Source: Cenococcum geophilum
Lineage: Eukaryota
Reading direction: 5' to 3'
Length of the DNA: 64,000 bases
Assembly (NCBI GenBank): GCA_050273025.1
Contig: CP158635.1
Location: 14,260,001-14,324,000, forward strand
The notes below the pieces were generated by a model, which was not told the origin of the DNA, searched no databases, and saw only the letters and a program-made list of their open reading frames with translations. The translations under genes and the position numbers were made by a program. Positions 51,150 through 63,005 of the stretch are shown piece by piece. How positions within the stretch are numbered: the stretch's first letter is position 1; each line of letters starts with the position of its first letter.

Positions 51150-53660
51150 CGTTGGTACCCCTCAACGAAAATTTTGACCCGAGTTTATAATTAATAAGCC
51201 GATTAATTAACCCAAAGCTTTAATTTAGAGCCTTATTATATAGAGCTTAATTAGCATACACTAGTAGGTATAGGTTTGTTTCGTAAATCCTATACCTCCG
51301 TCGTGCTTTGCAGTAGGGGGTAAGCTTTAGGTAGAGCCTTATGTAGAGCTTTAATAGAGCCTTATATAGAGCTTTGGTAGAGCCTCGTGCAGAGCTTTAG
51401 TAGAGCCTCGTGTAGAGCTTTGGTAGAGCCTCGTGCGGAGCTTTGTGGAGAGCCTTGCGCAGAGCCACGTGCAGATGTGCAGACGTGCAGACATGTAGAC
51501 GTTTGTTCTGGCGATTAATTGCAGAGACATTTGTAGAGACGATTGTGTAGGCAATTGTATAGGCGTTTAATTAATCATTCGTATGGGCGTTTATGTGGGC
51601 AATTAATTGATTAATTAATTATATAGACGTTTGTAGAGCCGTGCGTAAAGCCGTATATAGAGCCATTTATAGAGCCGTTCGTAGAGACGTTCGTACGGGC
51701 GTTTAGTTAATTAATTAATTAATTGTATAGGCGTTTATAGGCAATTAATCGATTAATTGACTAATTATATGGGCGTTTATATAGGCGATTGTATAGACGT
51801 TCGCGGAGCCGTTTATAGAGCCGTTTACGCAGACGATTATAGAGCCTTTATAGTATATTAGTGCTGCATGTTAGTAGAGCTTTAGAGCTCCGTATTAAGC
51901 TTTAAGTAGAGTTTTAAGTAAAGCTTTGAGCTCAAGGGGGAGACCCCCTTGGACCCCCCCTGCGCACTACGTGCTCTATTTACCGCGTAGGCAGAGTTCT
52001 TGTAGAGGCTTTGGTAGAGCGTTTGGTAGAGCGTTTGGTAGAGCGTTTGTAGAGCTTTCGCAGAGCTTTTATAGAGCTTTTATAGAGCTCGGTGTAGAGC
52101 TTCGGTAGAGCTTTGTGTAGAGCTTTGGTAGAGCTTCATGTAGAGCTTCGGTAGAGCTTCGTGCAGAACTTTGGTAGAGCTTCGTGTAGAGCTTCGTGTA
52201 GAGCTTTGGTAGAGCTTCGTGTAGAGCTTCGTGTAGAGCTTCGGTAGAGCTTCGTGTAGAGCCTTGTGCAGAGCCACATGCAGGCGTTCGCACGGGCGAT
52301 TGTCGAACGTTGAGGTCACTGTCAGGTACCACCTTATGACTCACACCCTGTTTCTATTACCTATTACCGACTGAGTGGCAATATCGACCTGATGGCGATT
52401 AAGTAATAGTTCCAGAATCGTCGTCAGCGTCGTCGTCAGTCCTTTGCCCCTACCTCATGTATATAGAGAGCTTCTAGAGCCAGCTTTAATCGACAGAGTT
52501 CTTATGAGTGACTTGTCCGTCCGACAGCGATTAACTGCAGAGACATTTGTAGAGACGATTGTATAGGCAATTGCATGGATGTTTAATTGGTCGTTCGTAT
52601 GGGTGTTTGATTGATCAATTGTATGGGCGTTCGTACGGGCGATTATGCAGACGCTCGTAGAGCCGTTTGTAGAGCCGTTCGTGTAGACGATTATAGAGCC
52701 TTCCTAGTATATCAGTGTTGCGTGTTAGTAGAGCATTAGAGCTCCGTATTAAGCTTCGAGTAGAGCTTCGAGTAGAGCTTTAAGCTCAAGGGGGAGACCC
52801 CCTTGGACCCCCCCCTGCGCACTACGTGCTCTATTTACTGCGCGGGCAGAGCTCTTGCAGAGGCTTTGGTAGAGGCTTTAGTAGAGCTTTTAGTAGAGCT
52901 TTTGCAGAGCTTCGTACGAAGGCTCGTGCAGAGCTTTGTAGAGCTTCGAGCAGAGCTTTATATAGGCGTTCGTGTAGGCGTTCGTACAGACGTTCGTACG
53001 GACGATTGTATGGGCGATTGTAGACATTTGTAGAGACGTTTGTAGACGCTCGTAGAGACGTTTATACGGGCGTCTGATTGATTGTATAGGCGTTTGGTCA
53101 ATCGATCGTATGAACGCTCGTATGGGCGATCGTGTAGACGTTTGTAGAGCCGTTCGTAGAGCCGTTCGTAGAGACAATTGTACGGCGATTGACCGTATGG
53201 GCGGTTATACGGCCGATTGCAGAACCTTCCTAGTATATTAGTGCTGCGTGTTAGTAGAGCTTTAGAGCTCCGTATAGGGCTTCGAGTAAAGCTTCGAGCA
53301 GAGCTTCGAGCAGAGCTTCAAAGGGGAGACCCCCTTAGACCCCTGCGCACAGCGTGCTCCATTTACTGCATGGCCAGTACACTAGGTGGGCAGAGGTGCT
53401 GCAAAGCCTTTGGCAGAGCCTTTGGTAGAGCTTTTGGTAGAGCTTTTGGTAGAGCTTTCGCAGAGCTTCGTACGGAGCTTTGTGCAGAGCGTTTGTAGAG
53501 CCCAATGTTTTGAAGTTCGTCACGTGAATTCTGCCACGACTTACCGTCCGCAAGTTTTTTTTAACCAATCAGAAGCTGGCTTGGCAAAGTTTGAAAATTG
53601 GGACACCCTGAAAGTATAGACCACTCGTACCTCGGGTCAATAATATTTTGAGATACCTTA
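51150..53660. repeat. GTAGAGC-type satellite block with higher-order repeat; probable non-autonomous transposon
   Basis: Degenerate 12-bp units (GTAGAGCTTYGT, GTAGAGACGTTC). Three copies of a ~140-bp cassette at ~51845, ~52700 and ~53225. Imperfect inverted repeat 51154-51183 vs 53631-53657 (TTGACCCGAG core). True ends unresolved. Confidence 0.7.
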
Positions 53661-53800
53661 ACACTTTTGTCTATTTAAAATCGAAAAACCTACGTTATTG
53701 TGGCTTAATAATAAACCCATAGATTTGAGCGACCCTTTGACGTTTCCCCGTGGTTTGCAGGGTCACTTTTTCTGTTCACCGTGTGGCAGTGCATTAGTCT

Positions 53801-54692
53801 GTTACGAAACGAATGAGAATCCTTGGCATGCAGATCCCCAAATTTTGCACCCAAACTTACGTGCAAAACCGTGAGATGGCCCATTTCCACGTTAAACGCG
53901 CCTTATTATCGATATAACGTCCCTGTCGTCAGTTAGTAAGTTAAAGCCGACGTTACCCTACTATTTACCCTATCTTAACGCGTTCTATGGTCTCCATGCT
54001 CTATAATATATATCTAAAATTAATATATTTTGGATTAAGTTTATATACATATTAGGTAGATTTTGGTGTATATAGAGCTAAATTTAAATATAAATAGGCA
54101 GTCTTATCTATAGACTTTATATATAAAATACAGTGGTTTTTAATACATAGTGCACGTAGATTTTACACATATTAGATATAAATCTTATGCATATAATTAA
54201 GGCCGCAGAGAGGCTTAATATTTAGCTTAATTTAACCGATCTATATATATTAAATATTCTTTAAGTAATTTCTAAATCGGCCGCGTAGCCCACCTATATG
54301 CGACTCTATTACTAGAGCTTTATTAAGCTTCCTATACGCGCCGTAGCTAGGCGATTATATCTACGTAATAAGAGCGCGGAGCCGGTTACTAGGTTGTAAG
54401 AGGTAGAATAGTAAGGCCCTACGGGGGGCAAAATATATAGGGTATGTAGACTGTCTATATCCGCGTAATAAGTAGGGTTAATATAAGACACTATAATACC
54501 AGGAAACGCGTTAAGATAGGGCAAATAGTGGGGTAATATCGGCTTTAACTTACTAGCTAACGATAGGGACGTTATATTAATAATAAGGCGCGTTTAACGT
54601 GGAAATGGGCTAGTTATCTCACGATTTTATACGTAAGTTTGGGTGCAAAATTTAGGAATCTGCATGCCAAGGATTCCCATTCGTTTCGTAAC
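53801..54692. mobile_element. Foldback MITE (~890 bp) with ~185-bp inverted arms
   Basis: 53801-53984 is the reverse complement of ~54505-54692 apart from transitions and a small indel. The centre is AT-rich. No convincing TSD. Confidence 0.85.
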
Positions 54693-54780
54693 GAACAAAT
54701 AACTTCCGACGTGTGTCATCGTTCATATTAAAGAGCAACCCCCCAATCCGCCCTACCCAGTAGACTATCCCTCATATACC

Positions 54781-56031
54781 ATGTCTTCTGTTCCGACTAT
54801 TCCTGGCCAGCAGGTACCACAGCCTCATGCCCAAGCTCTCAGGGAGCAAGTCAGAGTGCTACTAGGCAGAGATAGCGAACGCTTTCCAGGCGCGCAACCC
54901 ATTAGTTTTGCGCGCAACCACCTCAGTGAACTACAACGGTCCGAGTACTTTATGTGTGAGAAGACCGACGGTATTCGATGCCTCCTGTTCCTCTCCTACA
55001 TTGACACCCCTGAAGGCTTTCAAGAAATTCAATACCTCATCGATCGCAAGAACAACTATTATCCTGTGCCGAAAGGACTCCATTTCCCTTACCACCAACA
55101 CCAGAAGGATGATGACAAGTTCTCTTTTGGTACACTCCTCGATGGTGAACTCGTCAACGACCACGTGCCAGGGCAGCCAAAGCCACGGCTCATGTTTTAC
55201 GTATTTGACTGTCTAGCAGTCGACAATATCAACATGATGCAAAGGACCCTTGATAAGCGGTTAGGATACATGGACATGCATTTATTCGGGCCATACAATA
55301 ATTACCTAAAAACCCACGCAAGTGCGCAGGCGGCGGAGCCCTTCCGAGTAAAGCGAAAACAGATGCACTCCTCCTACCACATCAGCGACATGTTCCGGAA
55401 CATTCTTTCCTCCCTCCCACACGGCAATGATGGCCTAGTTTTCACTTGCAAGAACACCCCCTACCAACCCGGCACTGACCCGCATATTCTCAAATGGAAA
55501 CCTCCGCATGAGAATACAATAGACTTCAAGCTGCGACTGGGCGAGTTCCCTATGTTCGACCCCGAGGACGGTGAGGATGGGTCAATACCAGATTACGACG
55601 CGATGCCAGACCGCTTCCAGCTACTTGTCCTCCATAACAGCAACCAATACCAGCCGTTTCAGCACGATCTGCATGTTGAGGAGACCGAATGGGAAGTCCT
55701 GAAGGGACTGGGTCAACCGCTGGATGGACGCATAATCGAGTGCTATAGGGACGAGCACGGGCAGTGGCGTTACAAGCAAGACGATGACGGTACGCCGCGG
55801 TTCAGGGACGACAAAAAAGACGCGAATCATGTCAGCACTGTAAACAGTGTCCTAGAGAGCATTGAGGACCCAGTCACGGAGCAGGATCTGATAGCAACGG
55901 AAAATAAAATTCGGGACGCCGTCAAGGTTATGCGAGAGCGAGAAGCGGAAATACAGCAGCGCAAGGTTAGGGAAATGGAGCACCGTGATGATATGGAACG
56001 GGAAGGAAAGAAGCGCAAGTTGTCAGAGTAA
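54781..56031 (+). CDS. CEG1: mRNA capping enzyme alpha subunit (RNA guanylyltransferase)
   Basis: Single 416-aa ORF with FPGAQPISF, catalytic CEKTDGIR, GTLLDGELV, FDCL, HGNDGLVF, LKWKP..ENTIDF and FRDDKKDANH. Confidence 0.97.
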   Translation: MSSVPTIPGQQVPQPHAQALREQVRVLLGRDSERFPGAQPISFARNHLSELQRSEYFMCEKTDGIRCLLFLSYIDTPEGFQEIQYLIDRKNNYYPVPKGLHFPYHQHQKDDDKFSFGTLLDGELVNDHVPGQPKPRLMFYVFDCLAVDNINMMQRTLDKRLGYMDMHLFGPYNNYLKTHASAQAAEPFRVKRKQMHSSYHISDMFRNILSSLPHGNDGLVFTCKNTPYQPGTDPHILKWKPPHENTIDFKLRLGEFPMFDPEDGEDGSIPDYDAMPDRFQLLVLHNSNQYQPFQHDLHVEETEWEVLKGLGQPLDGRIIECYRDEHGQWRYKQDDDGTPRFRDDKKDANHVSTVNSVLESIEDPVTEQDLIATENKIRDAVKVMREREAEIQQRKVREMEHRDDMEREGKKRKLSE

Positions 56032-56359
56032 TGAGAAATTTCTTGGAAGTAGCAAGATTCATCGGAGTATTGGGGAGCAAATCAGATGTGCTACTGGCTC
56101 AGGATATTGAAGTTTCTGGACGTTTTTGATGGTGTTAGACGAGAGCAATGATACCCGGCAAACTTGTAGAACAGGCTACGCATTTTGTTACTAGAAGACT
56201 AAGGATAAGCCATTGAAGGCAGCATTTGCAATGAACAAAGCGTTCTAACAGGCATAAACGAATTATGACAGTCGTCAACTAATATATAGGAATATTCTAA
56301 ATTACTTCAACCCTTTATTCTTAGCTACTTTCACACCAAATTAAGCGCCTTCAAGCCTT

Positions 56360-59300
56360 CCAATTGTTGTACGCGTCCCATGCCAACCTACTCGTCACCC
56401 AGCTTCAATCGCTCAAACCTATTCCCGCGTCCCGTAGCATATTCAAATCTCTCAACTTCCCCCTCATCTACCCCTTCCACAACTCTTCCTAGTACATCCT
56501 CAATACTCTAAGTAATCCTCCCCGCGCCAACCCTTGCGCCACCCAGATTCCCAAACCCAAGGCCTAGTCTGAGCAACGTTATCTCAGTAAGCGACTCAGA
56601 CGGCAAACGAGACAGTAAATCTCACTAGTACTTAACTAGTATAGCTTTATATAAAACCCCTGCTAGCTTTATTTAACCCCTGCTAGTGTGAATTAACCCC
56701 TGTAGTTATAAGCGCTGTCTCGTTTGCCGTCTGAGGGCCTTTGGTGCAAAAACATAGGAGGGTCGACTTACTGATTGAACGCGACGCTACTATAAAGTAA
56801 TATATCTCTACCAGTTAACTAGTTAACCACTTTAAAAGGTAATCGATTATATTTTAAGGGCCATTTTATTTATCTATGTACTTATTTATGCATTTTAGCT
56901 AACACAAAGTTCTAAAATTACAGGTCGAAAATTTTTGACAGGTCTTGTTGGGTCGACTATGCGAATCCCCCCCGATGCCTCGAAGCCCCCAACCCCCCGA
57001 CCCCCCCAGCCTTCAACCTCCCAAGAGCTTTGATAGAGCTTCAAGCAGAGCTTTGATAGAGCTTCGAGCAGAGCTTCGAGCAGAGCTTCGTGCAGAGCCT
57101 CCGTACGCAGAGCTTTCGTACGCGGAGCTTTGTGCGGAGCTTCGTGGAGAGCCTCCGTACGCAGAGCTTTGCGGAGCTTCGTGCAGAGCTTCGTGCAGAG
57201 CTTCGTGCAGAGCCTCCGTACGCAGAGCTTCGTGCGGAGCTTCGTGCGGAGCTTCGTGCAAAGCTTCGTGCAGAGCTTCGAGCAGAGCTTCGAGCAGGGC
57301 TTTGATAGAGCTTCAAGCAGAGCTTCGAGCAGAGCTTCGATAGAGCTTCGAGCAGAGCTTCGATAGAGCTTCGAGCAGAGCTTCGATAGAGCTTCGAGCA
57401 GAGCCTTGTGTAGAGCCTTAAGTAGAGCTTTGTATAGAGCTTCTCTATATAAAGCTTATATTTAGGCTTGTTTTTGAAGGCCTTATAAATAACTTTGTAT
57501 AGAGCTTTGTACAGGCATTTGTGCAGACGTTTGTGCAGACATTTGTACACGATGGTGGAGACGATTGTATGGGCGATTGTAGAGCCGTTCGTAGAGACGT
57601 TCGTGGAGACGTTTGTAGAGACTTTTGTAGAGACTTTGTATAGACGTTCGTAGAGGCTTTCGTAGAGACGTTCGTAGAGACGTTCGTAGAGACGTTTGTA
57701 GAGACTTTCGTAGAGACGTTCGTAGAGACTTTCGTGGAGACTTTCGTGGAGACGTTCGTAGAGACGACGCGTCGGTGTTTATGGAGCTCGATCGCCCTTC
57801 AAAGTAGCCCACGCACTATCACGTGAACTGTCACGTGCACGTCGCCGAGCTCAAAGAGACTGCCTAAGTACCCCCCCTACTAACATATTCCTATTGTAAA
57901 AAAGTAATCGATTATAGAGGAGACTAATCTAACTTAATTCGTCGGCTTATTACGTTAAATAGGTGTTGTTGGGGAGTTAAATATACAGGTAAAAGTATCT
58001 CTTATATAAAATTGCGAAAATTGAAGTCGAGCCTCACCAAAACTCGCACCAAAGGCCCTCAGACGGCAGGGCGAACTTAAGGTCAGTAGATAGCTGATTG
58101 GTTAAAAAAAAGTGGCGTTTTTTAGGATGGAGACTAGTGATACTTTAGTATTAGTGAGTGCGCCTTTAGTTTGCCCTTGCCGTCTGAGTCGCTTACTGAG
58201 ATAAGAGCAACGCAAGTCGCCCGTCACAAAGAGCGGCACATCTTCAGTCCACATTAGATCATCTGTAAGGCAGGGCAGGCCGCCCTGGGACGGGATGGGG
58301 TATTCCGTGTTCATTGCGCACAGGGAGGGCAATGTAGTAAAGTCGGTGGGGATGCCTGTAGCGAAGTAGATGTAGTCAATTGGCGGTAGATCTGAAATTG
58401 GCGGGTTTGTGTGGATTGACTAGGTTTCGGTTGAGGTGTCATAGGCTTGGGAAATAAGCATGGTGTGCAGATGTGACGATATTTTACCAGTGGAGATATG
58501 CGACTTAAGGACTTTGTGGAAGCCTGGTGTTATACTGCCACCACCGTGGGCGAGCTTGGTTTGCTCGAGACGTTCTAGAATATCGCTAAACGGAAGATCT
58601 TGGAGAGTTCAAATGGTATATACCTTCATCACTATCGGCGGATCAGAATACAGTTTGTTCGAGATTACGGAATTTGGTCATCCAGGCAAGGTCGATATCG
58701 AACGGTTTGACCGATTCAAATAAGCTTGTGTAGATGACTGCGTGACAGAAACAATTTCGGCATACCTTAAAGGGACCCCGCATGAGGTGTCACTTTCGTA
58801 ACGCCACGGTGAATTGCTAGGTCACCGATTTGAGCTGTTGTCAGTCCATCGCCAATAACCATTACGTTTGGTGGGCCTTTTTCATCCGCCTTTTTCCGAT
58901 CAGGAAAGCGCTGAATTCGCAGGCTGTGGCATGCTCCTTGCAGCCTCTGGGTATTCTCCATACCTAGTATCGCAGGAGGATTTCCAGGTCCGACAGCAAG
59001 GACTATAGTTCGAGCATTATACGTCTTCATCTCCGTGTGCATCGTAAATATGCGTTCGTCCGTTTCTGAGAAATCGTCCACGTAATCGTATTTAATATTT
59101 TGCACTTTCTCCTTTCTAATAAGTCCCTCCCGAAGACCATAGCGATTAATAATGCACTCGCAGTGTTCTGAAAAGAGGGATCGTAATGGGGTGAAATAAT
59201 CTTTGCGGTCTCGTTCGTCGATGATAACTTCAGCTTGCAGTCTATTAAAATTAGCCACTATACCTCCATTACCCTGGCCAGGTATATACTTACCGCCGCT

Positions 59301-59810
59301 TAATGCAGTTGACTCTTTTCTTTTTATGGTGCCTGCTAATCTCCCTTCCTACACACTCCCTGATCTCTTCCAATTCCGTCTCCCGACCTTGCTCGCGTGT
59401 GTATGCTAATAATCCATCGCGGTCCCCCGGATCAACATGAAAGAACATTGGGCTCCGCAAGTGCGTAACCTCAATGGTTTTGAACAGCGTGTTCCATCTC
59501 GTCACCCATTTGTCGCCCGTTGCGTCGAGAACGAGAGTAGAGTACTTGCGGCCAAGGCGAGGCTGCTGAGGCATTGAAACACTCCCGCCTTTCTTGTGCT
59601 TGATACTCATCCGGCTGTTGTGTTTCTTGATCCAGTGATAGCGCTAGTGTTCCTCGTCTGTAAAGATTGCAGAGTGTGTGTGCTCGCATAGGCGCGTGCA
59701 ACGGCGAGGCCACAGGGTCCTGCACCGATGATGATCACATCGTGGACAGGACCATCAGATTCATTGAGGGTTTTCACGTTTAGGGAACTCCGAAAGGTAT
59801 TGAATGGCAT
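56360..59810 (-). pseudogene. FAD/NAD(P)-binding oxidoreductase (flavin monooxygenase-like) pseudogene interrupted by a TIR element
   Basis: DVIIIGAGPCGLAVA, HLRSPMFFHVDP.DRDGL, VIGDGLTTAQ, GGGSITP and GLPCLTDDLMW; on the far side of the insertion, LRLGLG.GNLGGARVGA. Multiple frameshifts and stops. Confidence 0.85.
56579..58204. mobile_element. 1626-bp non-autonomous TIR element with hairpin ends and satellite interior; superfamily unclear
   Basis: Perfect 28-bp TIR TTATCTCAGTAAGCGACTCAGACGGCAA; exact 8-bp TSD GAGCAACG (56571-56578, 58205-58212); 12-bp tandem repeats at ~57020-57765. Confidence 0.93.
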
Positions 59811-60829
59811 CGATAACGGAAGATTGCCTTTGAAATTTAATGGGAAATTGTGAACCAGTTCTCCTTGGAAGCTTTATGATAGGGGGGTGTGAAATCATTG
59901 GATTTACGCCGAAGTACCCCCAGCGACGAAAATCTGATATGTGAAAACCGTAGCATAAAAAAGATTATAGAAATTGCGAGGTGTGCGTGAGCAAGTGCCT
60001 GATTAATCCGAAGTGTGAAGGCAGACAAACAATTGAGTACCATGGCCTTAGCCCACGGAAGACGCATCATTCAAGAAAATCGGTAAGAACATGGTATTTC
60101 AAAGAAATCGAATAGGGTCAAAGATATTTTACGAGAAGCAACTTGAAGAATATCGGTTGCTATTTAACTTTCCCTAGACAGAAATGGGAGAGAGGGCAGT
60201 AGCTCCATCTCAAGGCATGAGATCAAGTCTCGATTCCTCACACCCCACTAAATAAATCCGTTCCCCCCTCCTCTTCTCTCCGAATTCATCCGCGGCGCTT
60301 AATAAGACCACCGCCTGACAGGAGAAAAATCAACGGCATCGACTATTGTCGGACGACGCGCTAATTGGGATCGTCGTCCTGTTTCCTTTGAGGGTATAGA
60401 CCAGGGGTGTCTTGGCCATTTGACTTGACTGTATATATTGAGGCTCAACAGCCTACATTAATTCGACAGAGTTCTCCTTCTTGACTGCATCGTTCAACAA
60501 CTATTCACCCCCGGACGACTTCACCACCGACATCACGAAGGCACCAGTATCTAATAAGATCACGATCAAAATCTCTGAAACGCGACCTAGCGGGGTATAG
60601 GAGGGGGGAGGAAGAGGAAGAGATGAAGCTAGGAGATAGAAGGGCCATGCTGGTACTCTGGCTCACTAACTTAATATTGAGATGAAATTGAAAACTAGAA
60701 AATGAGCCCGCTGCCGCTGTTAGCACAGATCGATCCAGCAGCTCAGTCTAGCAATTTATGTGATCACGTAATTGCTTACTGCTGTTCATCTTTGGCCTCA
60801 GGCCAAACACTCCAAATAGACCAACACCA

Positions 60830-62758
60830 TTGCTCTACCCTGCAAGATACAGCAGCTGTGGAGTCTCAACCTGCGCTTTATCTCTATTCGCCTATTGCAA
60901 AGGATAAGTTCCGCTTGCTTTTGCTCCAACCAAGCTCCTTTGAAGATGAAAATCCAGTGCAGCCTAATTATTCCACAAGCGGAGCTTGAGCATGGGGCTT
61001 TGAGTTATGTTTGGGGCTTTTCCTCCAAGGCCGTTCCGATCAATCTCGATGGGTTCAAAATCCCCGTAACGCAGAATTTAGAATACGCCTTACGTTACCC
61101 GCGGCGCCAAACCCAGCCACGCAGAATCTGGGTCGATGCCGTGTGTATCAACCAGGCGGATTTGGACGAGCGAAGCAAGCAGGTGTCTCGCATGAAGAAT
61201 ATCTACCAGCAAGCGTTCAATGTTGTGATCTGGCTTGGAGAGGAAAATGAACCTAGTGAGATATAAAAGTCTATGACATTCCTATCTTGGGAGTCTTTGA
61301 ACTGGCAACCCAGATGGCGGGGTCTACGTGAGGAGGAGTTGGCGAGGTGTTCTATACGGGTAGGAACTGCGAGGCATTCATGGTTCTCTCCAAGCTTCTC
61401 TACCGAAAATGGTTTACCCGCGTATGGGTCTTGCAAGAGCTTGCCGCTGCATCTGCGGCTGGAGTCGTTTGTGGGAACGCGTCTATATCTTGGTCAGTAT
61501 TAGAAATCGCGTTCGAAGCCTTGCGCGACTTATTTTCAGAGTGTGTCTATGAAACCCTTCCAATGCTTGCTATACCTTTTCGCGATTTCTGGATCCCAAT
61601 CTTTGGACACGCCGATATATTGAAGCCTCAGGTGGCCGGACAATGGAGGCATGCTATAGCGGCCGGACAACAGCACGCTTTGGTCTACATTGTGGTTAAT
61701 TACATAGCCTCTTCAGACGTGACAGATGAGCAGGATAAACTGTACAGTATCATTGGGCTCATCCAAGGCTCAACAGATCTCACAGATCCATTATTGACAC
61801 CAGATTACTGTAAAAGCTCCTCTGAGGTCTTTGTTGGACTAGCCCGATACTTAATTGAAGGCACACGCTGTCTGTCAACTTTCTGTGCTGTGGATGGAAT
61901 TGATGATGACCTACCTTCCTGGGTACCTTCGTGGACTGAAGTGCGTCACCCAATATACTTAACGGCACCACAAAGATACAGCCTCCAGGTCCCGATCCAG
62001 AGATCATCATATCTGCAGACAACATACTTCACGTCCGTAGCATGGAAGTTGATCGCATCCACATAGTGGATAGCAAATGCTCCGTCAAAAACCCCAACGT
62101 TCGTACCGCCGCACCCTCTCTCACACCAGCCGTCTAGGGTTGGGAACGGGAAATATTAGACCCTGGTTCGGTTAAAGGGACTAGTAATGTTGAACGGAGC
62201 AGTCAAGAAGTAGAACTCTGTCAAATTAATGTAGGCTGTTGAGCCTCAATATATACAGTCAAGTCAAATGGCCAAGACACCCCTGGTCTATACCCACAAA
62301 GGAAACAGGACGGCGATCGCAATTAGCGCGTCGTTCGACAGGTAAGGCCTTCCACGACATATATCATGAAGTATTCTTATATGGCCTCTCTGAAAAAGAG
62401 ACAGAAGATAGCTTTGTGCTCTATGATGAACTTCTTGGCTTTTCACAGCCGTCAAGTGAGCTTGACAATGGAGACCCAGAATTACAATCTTTTGCTAGGC
62501 GTGCGCTCGATAGTGTCAATTGGCAGCGTCCATTTTGTCACTAACACTGGTCTAGTCGGGAGAGCTTACGACGGAGAGGTAATTTCGGAGGGAGACGTTG
62601 TGTGTTATTTGAAAGGCGGCTATTCACCCCTATTTCTGCGTTCAGATGGTGATCCTTTTGTTTTCCTGGGGTCATGTATTTTATATAGACATAATGATAC
62701 GAGTGTTCAAGCGGAGATGTTGAATCAAGGTCCATGTCAGTCTTTCGATATCATCTGA
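60830..62758 (+). pseudogene. Heterokaryon-incompatibility (HET domain, HET-6-like) pseudogene
   Basis: YSP...FRLLLLQP, ALSYVWG, VTQNLEYAL, IWVDAVCINQADLDERSKQV.RM..IY.QA..VVIWLG, WFTRVWVLQE, DKLYSIIGL, LPSWVPSW and GDVVCYL.GG..PLFLR, spread across different frames with stops. Confidence 0.88.
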
Positions 62759-63005
62759 GAATTACTTCTAGCTTTCAAACAAAGCCTCAATTTCTTGGTA
62801 AATGCAGTACAAAGGCTATCCAAGAGTCAAATGAAGTGAAATTCTATGCCTGTTGGTATCAAAGATCACTGAGCGTAGGGCAGAGGGCCGAAGTGATCTG
62901 CGCTAGGGTCTTGCTCTCGCTTCGGTGGTGGCTTGCAAGGCCCACCTCATCGAAACATACGCCTCTTCTAACTTTCTAAAGCGGCCTCATCCATCAAAAA
63001 ATGCA

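Noticed and set aside
51300..57800. Tandem arrays as CRISPR, or ELRA/LYQS-repeat ORFs as proteins
   Set aside because: No unique spacers and no cas genes in a eukaryotic context. The ORFs are open in several frames on both strands only because the 12-bp unit lacks stops.
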